Of a stretch of 64,000 nt of DNA, positions 10,181 to 21,848 are shown in pieces. The notes beneath the pieces were generated by a model that ran no database searches, was not told the DNA's origin, and was given only the letters and a program-made list of their open reading frames with translations. The stretch spans positions 8,096,001 through 8,160,000 of the forward strand of contig OZ240241.1 of the NCBI GenBank assembly GCA_965198115.1, written 5' to 3'. This DNA comes from Candidatus Latescibacterota bacterium (GTDB taxonomy: Bacteria; Latescibacterota; UBA2968). The first letter of the stretch is position 1. Every line of letters starts with the position of its first letter. Both the position numbers and the translations under genes were made by a program.

Positions 10181-10459
10181 ACCAGTTGTCAGTCGTCAGG
10201 AAGGATGGGAATGGTTTGGCGTGATGAGGCTTGATAACCATTCGCTGATGCCCGGGGCGAGGTCACCAAGAGCTTTGGAACCACCCCTCGACTCCGCTCG
10301 GGACCGGCTCCTGAACACAGATGGACACGAATGGGAGGTACGTTTGCGATCGTGGCCCTATTCGGGGAGGGACCTGGTTGGCGCTCGGAGGATTGACTAC
10401 GCAAGGTCGATGACAATGAGCATAAGCCAACGTCCTGAGAGGATTGGGAGACAGACGCT

Positions 10460-11041
10460 TTGAGTGTGGAGCCACAGGAGAGGACCGGCCAAGCGTTCGG
10501 GGTTGGGCGGAGTCCGTTCTGGACGGTTTCGAACGTGGTGAGTCTGTTGCGGGTCGTTCTGACGGTTCCGACGATCTACTACATTCTCGCCGGTCCCGAT
10601 TATCGATGGCACGTGTTCGGTTTCGTGATGCTGATGGTGATTTCGGATATTGCGGATGGGATGCTGGCTCGGGCTCGTCAGGAGATTACCGAGTGGGGCA
10701 AGATCATCGATCCGATGGCGGACAAGATCTCCATCGACATTATCTCGGTGGTGTTGTGGTACGAGCGCGGGCTTCCGCTGTGGGTGGTGTTGGCGGTGGT
10801 AGGCCGGGACCTATTGATCGTCGTGGGGGGCGTGCTGTTGGCGACACGCGTACGTGTTGTCCCATCGGCCAACGCGTGGGGGAAGGCTACAACGTGCGTG
10901 ATGGCGGCCCTGCTACTCTGCTACGGTATCGATTTCGATCCTCCGAAGGCGTATCTGCTTCCGGTTGCCGGTTTTCTGATCGTGGCTTCGTTCGTGAGTT
11001 ACGCCTACCGGCTCAGGGTCCTGAACCGGCACTCGGCGTGA
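10460..11041 (+). CDS. CDP-alcohol phosphatidyltransferase (PgsA-like)
   Basis: SNVVSLLR and SDIADGMLAR...GKIIDPMADK signature. Confidence 0.9.
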   Translation: MSVEPQERTGQAFGVGRSPFWTVSNVVSLLRVVLTVPTIYYILAGPDYRWHVFGFVMLMVISDIADGMLARARQEITEWGKIIDPMADKISIDIISVVLWYERGLPLWVVLAVVGRDLLIVVGGVLLATRVRVVPSANAWGKATTCVMAALLLCYGIDFDPPKAYLLPVAGFLIVASFVSYAYRLRVLNRHSA

Positions 11042-11751
11042 GCGATTCGGCAGCGATCGAGCTTGCGACGCGAATCAGTGTCGTGATTCCGGTGTTGAAC
11101 GAGGTCGACGCCATCGGCTCGTGTCTTCGCCAGTTCGAGTTCGTGGATGACGATGTGGAGGTGTTGGTCGTCGATGGAGGCAGTGAGGATGATACGCGGG
11201 CGGCGGCGCTGGCGACGGGGAGTGCCCATTGGGTCGAGAGCGAACGAGGACGAGCGCGTCAGATGAACGCCGGAGCTGCGGCGTCCACAGGTGAGGTTCT
11301 TCTTTTTCTCCACGCAGACAGCATCTTACCCCGTGGGTGGGCGGAGGACGTGCGGCGTGCCTTCGATGATGATCGGGTGGTGGGCGGGCGTTTCCGGCTT
11401 GGTCTGTCGGAGGGTGGGCAGTTGTTTCGTCTAATTGCGTGGATGAGTACGTTGAGATCTCGCTACCTGGGCATTACGTATGGCGATCAGGGCATTTTCG
11501 TTCGGCGTTCCGTTTTCGATCGATTGGGCGGGTTTCCCGATCGAGAGATTTTCGAAGATTCCGAGTTTTGTCAAAGCCTCGCCCGCACCGGGTGCTTTGT
11601 GATGGTCGAGGCCTCGGTGACCGCGTCCACCCGTCGGTGGCGGAAGTGGGGGATCTCGAGGACCGTTCTGTGGATGTGGTGGCTTCGATTTCTCTACACG
11701 GTATCCGTGCCCGATGAACGACTGAGTCGCATGTATAAGGATGTGAGGTAG
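11038..11751 (+). CDS. Family 2 glycosyltransferase, TIGR04283-like
   Basis: ISVVIPVLNE, VVDGGSED, GRARQMNAGA, LFLHAD and YGDQGIF motifs; GTG start overlaps the upstream stop. Confidence 0.85.
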   Translation: MSDSAAIELATRISVVIPVLNEVDAIGSCLRQFEFVDDDVEVLVVDGGSEDDTRAAALATGSAHWVESERGRARQMNAGAAASTGEVLLFLHADSILPRGWAEDVRRAFDDDRVVGGRFRLGLSEGGQLFRLIAWMSTLRSRYLGITYGDQGIFVRRSVFDRLGGFPDREIFEDSEFCQSLARTGCFVMVEASVTASTRRWRKWGISRTVLWMWWLRFLYTVSVPDERLSRMYKDVR

Positions 11752-11752
11752 G

Positions 11753-12652
11753 ATGGAGTATCGAACCTTCGGCAGAACCGGGTGGCGTGTGAGCGAGATC
11801 GGTCTGGGAGGATCGTGGTTTTATGGGCGACCCGAGATGGGACTCAAGCCCGTCTCTCACGGCGTGTCCGTCGTCGAGCGCGCTATCGAACTGGGAGTGA
11901 ACTATTTCGACACGGCTCCGCTCTACGGGGCGGGGCGTAGCGAAGAGGTCCTGGGTGAGGCCCTGCGTGGCGTCACCGAGCCCTACTACCTGGCGACGAA
12001 GGTGGGCTACTATCCAGAGCCGTTCAACTACACACGGGACGATGTCTGGCGGGGGATCGACGCGAGTCTGAAACGGCTGAAGCGCGATCACGTTCATCTT
12101 CTTCAGCTTCACGAGTCGGAGATGGCGGGATGGGACGGGATCTTCGGCGCGGGGCGTTCGCTCGAGGCGATGATGGAGGCGAAGGAACAGGGCGTCGCCG
12201 ACGAAGTGGGGCTGACGGGTTCCGACCTGGACCTGATGTCGCGGGTGCTGGAGGAAACAGATGAATTCGTGTCGGTCATTACCTTCCTTAAATACGATTT
12301 GCTCACGCAGGAGGCGAAAGAGCGTTTGATTCCGACGGCGGTCGACAACGATGTGGCCGTGATCCTCGCGTCTCCACTGCACGGCGGGCTGCTCGGGTCG
12401 ACGCGCGACCGATGGTTCGAGCAAGGCCGGTTCAGCGACCTCTACCCGAAGCTGGAGGCGATCGAGTCGCTGCTTTCGGATGAGGAGGAACCGATGGAGC
12501 GTGTCGGATTGCGATACCTGTTGTCCGACCCGGATGTGAACCTCGTTCTGAGCGGCGTACAGGACATCGGCGAGCTCGAGGCTTCTTGTTCGGTTTCTGA
12601 CGGGCAGTTCCTGCCCGAAGGGCTGGTCGAGGCGATCGAGGGGGTGTCGTGA
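11753..12652 (+). CDS. Aldo/keto reductase
   Basis: YRTFGRTGWRVSEIGLG, FDTAPLYG, ATKVG and LLQLH motifs. Confidence 0.9.
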   Translation: MEYRTFGRTGWRVSEIGLGGSWFYGRPEMGLKPVSHGVSVVERAIELGVNYFDTAPLYGAGRSEEVLGEALRGVTEPYYLATKVGYYPEPFNYTRDDVWRGIDASLKRLKRDHVHLLQLHESEMAGWDGIFGAGRSLEAMMEAKEQGVADEVGLTGSDLDLMSRVLEETDEFVSVITFLKYDLLTQEAKERLIPTAVDNDVAVILASPLHGGLLGSTRDRWFEQGRFSDLYPKLEAIESLLSDEEEPMERVGLRYLLSDPDVNLVLSGVQDIGELEASCSVSDGQFLPEGLVEAIEGVS

Positions 12653-13659
12653 TGGATGCGGTGCGGATCGGAATGGTCGGACTCGGTCACATTTCCACGC
12701 GAGCGCATCTGCCGCCCTTGAAGGAGATGGCCGATCGCGGCGAGTTGGTTTTACAGGCTTTCTGTGACGTGAACGAGGAGACCGTGCGCGAGCAGGGGAA
12801 CGCATTCGGTGTGGAAAGGGTCTACACCGATCACCACGCGATGTTCGAAGCAGAAGAATTGGACGCGGTGTATCTGTGTATTCCGCCGACTTTGCACGAT
12901 GACGTGGAGACGATTTGCGCGACGCGTGGCATTGCGATCTTCGTGGAGAAACCGCAGACGCTGGATATGGCTCAGGCGCGCCGGTTCAGCGATGCGATCG
13001 GAGGCAGCGGTATCGTTTCTCAAGTCGGGTTCATGAGCCGTTACTATCCGTCGGCGGAGGCGATGAAGGCACGACTTGCCGAGCGGACGGCGCGTCACGC
13101 TCAACTCCAGCGATTCTACAGTGGCAAGCCGATCCGATTATGGACGAGTCGCTACGATCTTTGCGGTGGGTCTTTCGTGGAGAACACGATCCACTACGTC
13201 GACCTGCTGCGTTACTTTTTGGGGGACATCGAGTCGGTGTCGGCCTTCTACGTCGATCGGAAGCCGGGCGAGGGCATTCCACCGATGGACATGCCGCACG
13301 TTTACAACGTGAACTATCGATTCAAGAGTGGGGCGACGGCCAACGCCACGACGAGCCGGGTGTTGACGAATGTGGATGCCTCGCGGAGTGAGTTCCTCGT
13401 CGTCTCGGACGATTCGATGATGATCTGGTCGGCGGATGGCGTGACGGAGAACGGGGAGGCCGTCGAGGGCATCGAGAAGGCCAATGCCTTCGGGCTTCAG
13501 GCCGAGGCGTTCGTGGCGGCGGTGCGAGCGGGGGAGCCCTCTATGACGCGGAGCGCGTATCCGGATGCACTGAACAGCCTGTCAGCCGTCTTGGGCGCCA
13601 ATGTGTCGGCCGAACGGGGCGGCGAGCTGGTTGCGCTGTCGGATCTGGAGGTGGGATGA
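12649..13659 (+). CDS. Gfo/Idh/MocA oxidoreductase
   Basis: IGMVGLGHI Rossmann motif, FVEKP, and GGSFVENTIHYVD. Confidence 0.9.
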   Translation: MMDAVRIGMVGLGHISTRAHLPPLKEMADRGELVLQAFCDVNEETVREQGNAFGVERVYTDHHAMFEAEELDAVYLCIPPTLHDDVETICATRGIAIFVEKPQTLDMAQARRFSDAIGGSGIVSQVGFMSRYYPSAEAMKARLAERTARHAQLQRFYSGKPIRLWTSRYDLCGGSFVENTIHYVDLLRYFLGDIESVSAFYVDRKPGEGIPPMDMPHVYNVNYRFKSGATANATTSRVLTNVDASRSEFLVVSDDSMMIWSADGVTENGEAVEGIEKANAFGLQAEAFVAAVRAGEPSMTRSAYPDALNSLSAVLGANVSAERGGELVALSDLEVG

Positions 13660-13955
13660 CGGTCGACGAACTGATCGCCCGGTTTCCGGAGATTCCGGCG
13701 GATCTACACGACGAAGCCACGCTCACCCGGCTCGCCGATCGCTTCGGCGATTGGCTGGCCACGGCGACGAAACCGAGTGCCTGCGCCGAGGACCACACAC
13801 CGGAACATCGCGCGTATCTGAAGTTGATCGGACCGATGGACATTTACCGGTATGGATTATCGTCGCGGGAAAAGGTCCTCGACCAGATCGAGGCGTTGCT
13901 GGCCGCTTATGCGTCCGATCCTTCGGCGTTTCGAGCAGAGCTGGAGGCTGGCTGA
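13656..13955 (+). CDS. Hypothetical protein
   Basis: ATGA overlap with the upstream gene and 3-bp gap to the amidase; coding-like composition. Confidence 0.7.
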   Translation: MTVDELIARFPEIPADLHDEATLTRLADRFGDWLATATKPSACAEDHTPEHRAYLKLIGPMDIYRYGLSSREKVLDQIEALLAAYASDPSAFRAELEAG

Positions 13956-13958
13956 GCC

Positions 13959-15344
13959 GTGGATCTTCGGGACCTGACCGTTTCCGACCTGGGTCGTGCC
14001 TATCGCAGCGGAGAGCTGTCGCCCGTGGAGGTGACAGACGCCCACCTGGACCGAATCGAGGCGCTGAATCCGGAAACACACGACTACATCACCGTCACGA
14101 GCGACCGGGCGCGGTCGGATGCGCGTGAAGCGGAAGCCGCCTTCAAGGTGGGTCGGGATGTGGGACCGCTCCAGGGCATTCCGATCGCTCTCAAAGACCT
14201 GGTGGACACGGCGGGGATCGTGACGACGAATGGCACGCGTGTGTGGGCGGATCGTGTTCCGGACCGCGACGGCACGGTCGCGCGGCGATTGGCGAAGGCG
14301 GGAACGATTCTGCTCGGCAAAGCCAACCTTGTCGAATTCGCCTTTGGGCCGTACGGGCTGAACGTTCACTATGGGACGCCCCCGAATCCGTGGAACCCCG
14401 AATGCGTTCCCGGTGGGTCGAGCAGTGGGTCCGGGGGTGCCGTGGGACGTGGGCTGGCGGTTGCAGCGATCGGGACGGATACGGGGGGATCGATTCGTCT
14501 TCCCGCGGCGTTCTGCGGAATCGTGGGACTGAAGCCGACGGTGCAGTCGGTGAGTCGAGCCGGAGTCATGCCGCTGTGCTGGACGCTGGACAGCATCGGG
14601 CCGCTGACACGAACGGTCGAGGACGCGGCTCACGTGTTCGATGCCATTGCCGGACCGGATGAGGACGATCCGATTACGATCGGTACGCCGGTCGCGCGCA
14701 CGGCAGACGCACTGAGTCAAGACGTGCGCGGGTTGCGACTCGGTTTTGTCGATGGCGTCTTTACGGATGGGGCCGAGCCAGAAGTCGTGTCATCGGTCGA
14801 TGAGGCGGCCAGGGTATTCGAATCCCTGGGCACCTACGTTGACCCGTTTGACTTTCCCGAGGCTCGTGAAGAACTCGAGGCCGAGTTGGAGGGGCGTGGT
14901 TCCATTACGCTCATGTGTGTGGAGGGCTACACCTGTCATCGGGAGACCCTCTCTGGGGATGGCGTGTTCGAGCCACGCATCAAGGAGCGAATCGAGTCGG
15001 GCGGGAAGTACAGCGGTGTGGATTACGCGGAGGCCCTTTTGGCGCACGAGAGGCTGAAGCGTGATGCCGTTGCGCGGTTGCGCGACGTCGATGCGTTGCT
15101 GGCTCCGACGAGCCTGTATCCGGCCCCTCGAATCGAGGACGTCGACAAGGCGCCAGCGAGGCTGACGACTCGGCTCGTCAACTACCTGGGGCTCTGCGCG
15201 GTGTCCGTGCCGTGCGGCTTTTCGGAGAGTGGTTTGCCGATCGGTTTACAGATCATCGGGAGGCCTTTTAATGAAGCGCGTATCCTGAAGCTCGCTCACG
15301 CATACGAAAAGGCGACGTCCTGGCATCGACGTCGCCAGGAGTAG
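13959..15344 (+). CDS. Amidase-signature family enzyme
   Basis: PIALKD, PGGSSSGSG and IGTDTGGSIRLPAAFCG. Confidence 0.92.
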   Translation: MDLRDLTVSDLGRAYRSGELSPVEVTDAHLDRIEALNPETHDYITVTSDRARSDAREAEAAFKVGRDVGPLQGIPIALKDLVDTAGIVTTNGTRVWADRVPDRDGTVARRLAKAGTILLGKANLVEFAFGPYGLNVHYGTPPNPWNPECVPGGSSSGSGGAVGRGLAVAAIGTDTGGSIRLPAAFCGIVGLKPTVQSVSRAGVMPLCWTLDSIGPLTRTVEDAAHVFDAIAGPDEDDPITIGTPVARTADALSQDVRGLRLGFVDGVFTDGAEPEVVSSVDEAARVFESLGTYVDPFDFPEAREELEAELEGRGSITLMCVEGYTCHRETLSGDGVFEPRIKERIESGGKYSGVDYAEALLAHERLKRDAVARLRDVDALLAPTSLYPAPRIEDVDKAPARLTTRLVNYLGLCAVSVPCGFSESGLPIGLQIIGRPFNEARILKLAHAYEKATSWHRRRQE

Positions 15345-15349
15345 GGGGC

Positions 15350-16401
15350 ATGCCAAAAGTTCTACTCGCAACAGCACACGAACCGGTTCGCGAACGGTTT
15401 ACGAAGCGTTGTCGCTGGACGGGCACTCTTTCGATATGTGCAGGAATGGCACCGAGGTCGAAGCGGCACTGAAACGGGATCTGCCTGACATCGTGATCGC
15501 CGATGTCGATCTACCGGGGCTGGATGCTTTCGAACTGGTCGGGATATTGACAGCGACAGCGGCAGGAAGAGCGATACCGCCCGTCGTTATGCGGTCAAAC
15601 GAGACCACGTCCGATGGTGAAGATGGTCACTTCGTTTTTATGGGCGGTTCCGATCAGCCCGAAGACCTGCGAGCGCTCGTGCGAGCGCGTCTGGCTGCGG
15701 CCGACGCCGGGCCCAAGCACGGCCGTGTCCTCGTCGCCGACGACGACTGGAGTCTGAGGAAGAGTCTGCAGACCCGGTTGCAATCCGAAGGCTACGAGGT
15801 CCTGACGGCGATGGACGGCCTGGAAGCGTTCGATCGATTGTCGGAACAACCCGATCTGGTCCTGACGGATGTGGACATGCCAGGACTGGATGGGTTGGGG
15901 CTGGTTCAACGGATGCGCTCCACACCCACATTACGGGAGATCCCCGCGATTATCATGACCGCCCACGCGACGGGAGCGGAGGAGGCCGCGGAGGGTCTCA
16001 AGCTGGGCGCGAACGACTACGTACGGAAGCCGTTCGACTGGCTCGAGCTCTCGGCGAGGGTGCAGACGCAGCTGAGGATTCGCGAGGTGTCCCGATTGAC
16101 GGCCGAGAAGCAGCGCGATCTGGCCATTATCGAACTCGCCGGGGCCGCGGCACACGAGATCAACAATCCGCTGGCGGTGATCATGGCGCGGTTGGAGTTG
16201 ATGCTTTCGGATCTGGACGAGTCGGACACCAACTATGAGAGTCTTGAGCAGGTGGACCATCTGGTGCACCGCATTGCGAACGTCGTGCAGAAGATGAGTC
16301 AGGTGCGCCGCTACCAGGTGCAGAACTACTGCGGGGGTGTCAACATCCTGGACTTGGACGCTTCTGCGGAAGATGAATCCGAAGGCGGCGATTCATCCTG
16401 A
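15350..16401 (+). CDS. REC-REC-HisKA signalling protein without an HATPase domain (frameshift near 15400)
   Basis: Two receivers (PDIVIADVDLPG; VLVADDD..LTDVDMPG..KPF), then H-box AAHEINNPL; the protein ends about 80 aa later. Confidence 0.75.
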
Positions 16402-16680
16402 AAGAGGTCGTCAGCATCAATGCGGGTCGGCCGGCCCCGTTGAGCTTCAATGGCGACTGCATCACGACCGGTATTTTCAAGAATCCCGTGAAGAACGTCT
16501 ACCTCACGACAACCGGGTTCCGTGGCGACATTCAAGTCGATCGTGAGAATCACGGTGGCGTTGACAAAGCCGTGTACAGAAAGACGCAGAGTGAGTCTGC
16601 GGTTTCGGATCTGATCGAGGCCCCGGCGCTGTCGGAGGCCTGCGCTCTGTGTTGAGTGGACGCGTTCAAAAATCACTTAT
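16398..16680 (+). pseudogene. Internally deleted MOSC/YiiM-like remnant
   Basis: VVSINAG..ITTGIFKNPV..GDIQVDRENHGGVDKAVY jumps straight to a C-terminal-like LIEAPALSEA. Confidence 0.65.
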
Positions 16681-16692
16681 GGAGTCGAAAGC

Positions 16693-18104
<1,412 letters not shown>

Positions 18105-18216
18105 GCCTTTCGGCCCGATTGAGTGTTCAGAGTCCAGTGTTCAGGCAGACGGGTAACGACCTCGCTCAGTACCCTTCCCGCGCGTTCGATGCATCCATAA
18201 CCTGAGACGGAGTCCC

Positions 18217-19392
18217 GTGGAAATCTGTGATGTGAACGTGCACCGCGTGGCCGTCGCCCGTATCTACACGACGAAGGTGGCGCCGGCGGGAGGTCACGGG
18301 GATGGAAAGGCCGGGTCGGAGTACGTCCTGCTGGAGATGATGGCGGACGATGGGGCGGTCGGTTTGGGTGAGATTTCGGATGTGGAGCCCGACTGGGGCG
18401 CGGTTGCGTGGCAGGATGTGGGTGACGCGATCGCGGACACGGTGTTAGGGCGGTCGGCCGCGAAAAGGATGGAAGCTGTCGATGCCGTGCGATCGGTGCT
18501 TCCATCCACGCTCCACAGAGAACTGCGAGTGGCGATCGAGGCGGCCGTCGAATGCGCGTTGATCGACGTCGCGGCCAGAACTTACGGCGTGCCCGCCTAC
18601 GAGCTGCTCGGTGGCTCGCACCGATCGAGGCTGGTCGTCAGCTGGGTGGCTTTCATTCGTGGGACCGAGGAATTAGAGGCTGAGATTTCATCGAAGGTGG
18701 CCGACGGCTTCACCGCGTTCAAGCTGAAAGTGGGCGAGGACCACGGTCTGGATCTCGAGCGTGTCAAGCTGACGCGGAAACTAGCGGGAACCGGGGCGCA
18801 CATTCGTCTGGATGCGAGTGGCGAGTGGGAGGAGGCCGAAGCGATCGAGGCGATCGATGACCTCGCGTCGGTCGGAGCGGATGCCGTGGAGACGCCGGTT
18901 CGTGCGGCTGCCAGAGCCATCGCCAAGAATACCCCCGAAGAGGTGTCCGAAAACGCTGAAGACGTTGCGGCTTCACTCGCTCGTGTGAAGTCGGCGGTGC
19001 CCGTACCCATCATCGAACACGTCTCGGATTTCGACGATTGCTTCGCGCTCGCCCTGGCAGCACAGCAGGCCGTGGATGTGTTCAACGTGGTTCCGTGTCA
19101 AGCCGGAGGGCCCACGCGTGCCCTGCGGCTGATCCACGTGGCAGAGGCTGCGGGTATCGATGTGCTGCTCGGAAGTACCGTCGAGCTGTCCCCTGGCACA
19201 GCCGCAGCGCTCCACGTCGGCATTGCGGGCAAGGCTGTAAGAGTTGCCTCCGACCTCGTCGGACCCGGTCTGCTGGAAGGGGACGTCTGCGTCGATCCGT
19301 TGAGCTACACGAACGGCGGTCTCGAGGTCTCCAACCCGTGTGGGTTTGGTCTGGAGCTGGACGCGGAGAAGCTCGCACGATTTGCGGTTTGA
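18217..19392 (+). CDS. Mandelate racemase/muconate lactonizing enolase-superfamily enzyme
   Basis: ALIDVAAR..GVPAYELLGG, FKLKVG and IRLDA motifs. Confidence 0.85.
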   Translation: MEICDVNVHRVAVARIYTTKVAPAGGHGDGKAGSEYVLLEMMADDGAVGLGEISDVEPDWGAVAWQDVGDAIADTVLGRSAAKRMEAVDAVRSVLPSTLHRELRVAIEAAVECALIDVAARTYGVPAYELLGGSHRSRLVVSWVAFIRGTEELEAEISSKVADGFTAFKLKVGEDHGLDLERVKLTRKLAGTGAHIRLDASGEWEEAEAIEAIDDLASVGADAVETPVRAAARAIAKNTPEEVSENAEDVAASLARVKSAVPVPIIEHVSDFDDCFALALAAQQAVDVFNVVPCQAGGPTRALRLIHVAEAAGIDVLLGSTVELSPGTAAALHVGIAGKAVRVASDLVGPGLLEGDVCVDPLSYTNGGLEVSNPCGFGLELDAEKLARFAV

Positions 19393-19422
19393 AAACGACG
19401 TCCGATGAAAGGCAGGTGTGAT

Positions 19423-20409
19423 GTGAAAATCGGTACCCGAGTGAGTCCCGACTGGCTGGATCGGCCGGACGATTTGAAGTTCCTGAAGCAGATCGGCGTG
19501 GACTGCGTCGACATTACGCTCGACATGTGTCCCGGCTACACCGAAACAGGCGGCCGCACCAACCGCGAAGGACTGCAGATGATCGCGGATAAGCTGGACG
19601 AGGCGGGGCTGGTCGTGGAGCGGGCAAACTGTCTGAGCAGCAACATGAAGGGCATCTACCTGGGCACGGAAAACACGGACCGGGAGCTGGACCATCTGGT
19701 GAACAACGTCACGCAATGCGGTGAAGTGGGCTTTCCCGTCGTGGGCGTACAGTGTTTTTCGGCCAGTCAGTTTCCGGGGTTGCCCGAGACGGAAACGCAT
19801 TCCTTCGTGGAGGGTCGCGGTGGCTACCGTCACCTGAGGGTCGATGTGGCGAAGTCGCAGGGTCATCCAACGCCGGAGGGGGCGCCCACGGCCGACGAGA
19901 TCTGGGAACGGACACTCGCGATCTATCGCGCCGTCGTACCGGCGGCCGAGACCGTTGGTACGCGAATCGCCATGCACGGCAACGATCCACCCGTTCGGGA
20001 GTTCTACGGTGTTCCTCAAGTGCTCTATGACTTCGACTGTTTCGATCGCCTGTTCACGGAAGTGCCGTCAGACCACAGCGGGATGACGTTCTGTGTGGGG
20101 ACTCGATACGAGTCGGGTCAGGACGTGTTCGAGGGGATTCGACGATTCGGGGGCAAAATTTTTCACGTCCACTTTCGAAATGTGCAGGGACGGATTCCGG
20201 ACCAGGGGTGGTACGCGGAGGGGATTCCGGATGCGGGGGATCTGAACATGTTCGAGGTTGCGCGAGCGTTGAAGGAGGCAGGCTACACGGGTGCGCTCGA
20301 CTACGACCACATCATGCAGCTCGTAGACGATGAGGGTGGGCGGTCTTACATCGCCTACTGTGTTGGCCATACGCGGGGGATTTTGCAGGCACTAGATGCT
20401 CTGGGGTGA
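19423..20409 (+). CDS. Mannonate dehydratase (UxuA)-like TIM barrel
   Basis: AMHGNDPP, GMTFCVGT, IFHVHFRNV and DYDH motifs. Confidence 0.75.
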   Translation: MKIGTRVSPDWLDRPDDLKFLKQIGVDCVDITLDMCPGYTETGGRTNREGLQMIADKLDEAGLVVERANCLSSNMKGIYLGTENTDRELDHLVNNVTQCGEVGFPVVGVQCFSASQFPGLPETETHSFVEGRGGYRHLRVDVAKSQGHPTPEGAPTADEIWERTLAIYRAVVPAAETVGTRIAMHGNDPPVREFYGVPQVLYDFDCFDRLFTEVPSDHSGMTFCVGTRYESGQDVFEGIRRFGGKIFHVHFRNVQGRIPDQGWYAEGIPDAGDLNMFEVARALKEAGYTGALDYDHIMQLVDDEGGRSYIAYCVGHTRGILQALDALG

Positions 20410-20810
20410 GGCTGGATTCGGTCATTCGTTAGACGCCCATTCCTTTCTATTGATTCCTATTTGTGATCCACTCTTTTGTGACCAAAAGAGTGGCAGAAAA
20501 GTCCCGCTCAGGCGCCGCGGAGGCTGGTGGCCTCGGCCGGCAGTTTGTTCTTTAGCAGGGCCGAACATCCAGTAGCCGACGTGCTCTGCCCTGCCTCCCT
20601 TGCCGTCCGCCGGCATCCGGTCCCTTCACAGAAGAGACGCCTGCAGCTGTTGAGCTTGCGGACTAGTCACCGCGGGAGTTGGTAGGTACAGCGGGGCCGC
20701 CTGTCGCCTTTCCCTCGGCGTCATTTCGTGGCTGACAACACGTGCCTGAGGGCCACACAGACGAGCAGCGGAAACAGCATACGGCAGACCGATGATCGAA
20801 AGGATGCGTT

Positions 20811-21617
20811 GTGAAGATCGACTACACGGTATTCACCAAGCCTTGGCCGGATAAGTCGTTGGATGATCTTGGTAAGTTCGTGGCAGGGTTGGGTTTTCAG
20901 GGTGTTGAGTTGCCGGTGCGACCGGGGTTTCAGGTGGAGCCGGAAAACATTTCGTCGGGACTGGGGGAGGCTGCGAGGATCCTGGGTGACCACGGGGTCA
21001 AGATCGGGACGGTGGCAGGGCCGACGGATGAGAGGGCGATCGCAGCCTGCGGCGAAGCCGGTGTGCCGATCATTCGGATCTGCGTGAAGATCGATCCGAA
21101 GAAGGGCTACGTGGCCGAAGAGGATCGAATCAAGAAGGAGTACGAGGCTCTCGTGCCCGTGTTGGAGAAGCACGGTGTGGCGATCGGCATTCAGAATCAC
21201 GCCGATTACAACGTGAATCACGCGATGGGTATTCGCCACCTGATCGAGGGGTTCGACCCGAAGCATTTTTGTGCCGTGCTCGATCAAGCTCATTGTGGGC
21301 TGAATGGCGAACCCCCGGAGTACGCGATCGATATTGTCTGGTCGTACCTCAAGGTCGTGAATCTCAAGAGCTCGTTCTGGATCAGGTCGAACGGTCCGGA
21401 TGCGCCCGAGGCGGAATGGACAAAGCATTGGACGACGGGTCGCCACGGTATGGCCTACTGGACGCGGGTCGTGCGCGAACTGAAGACGCGAGACTACTCT
21501 GGAAACGTCTGCTTGACGGCCGAATACAGCGACCACGACAGAGTCGATGACCTGATTGCGGAAGACATCGTCTATGCGAAGCATCTGTTCGAGACGATCG
21601 GAGGGGACGGTGTCTGA
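20811..21617 (+). CDS. Sugar phosphate isomerase/epimerase (xylose isomerase-like TIM barrel)
   Basis: VFTKPW, GVELPVRPG, IQNH and LDQAH motifs. Confidence 0.82.
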   Translation: MKIDYTVFTKPWPDKSLDDLGKFVAGLGFQGVELPVRPGFQVEPENISSGLGEAARILGDHGVKIGTVAGPTDERAIAACGEAGVPIIRICVKIDPKKGYVAEEDRIKKEYEALVPVLEKHGVAIGIQNHADYNVNHAMGIRHLIEGFDPKHFCAVLDQAHCGLNGEPPEYAIDIVWSYLKVVNLKSSFWIRSNGPDAPEAEWTKHWTTGRHGMAYWTRVVRELKTRDYSGNVCLTAEYSDHDRVDDLIAEDIVYAKHLFETIGGDGV

Positions 21618-21848
21618 CCCTGTGAAGATCGCGATGGTGGGGGCGGGAGGCATGGCGAACAACGTACATTACCCGTCCCTTGCGTCGTTCGACGATGTGG
21701 TGTTTGCCGGTATTTGCGATCTGGACGAAGCGCGAATGAACACGACCGCGGACAAGTTCGGGATCGAACATCGGTTTACCGATTACCGTCTGATGGTTGA
21801 GGAGGTTGCGCCTGACGGCATCTACGTGATAGGCCAGCCTCATTATAT

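Noticed and set aside
11038-11751. Arsenosugar biosynthesis cluster
   Set aside because: The partner genes (TIGR04282 glycosyltransferase, radical SAM ArsS, ArsM) are absent from the window.
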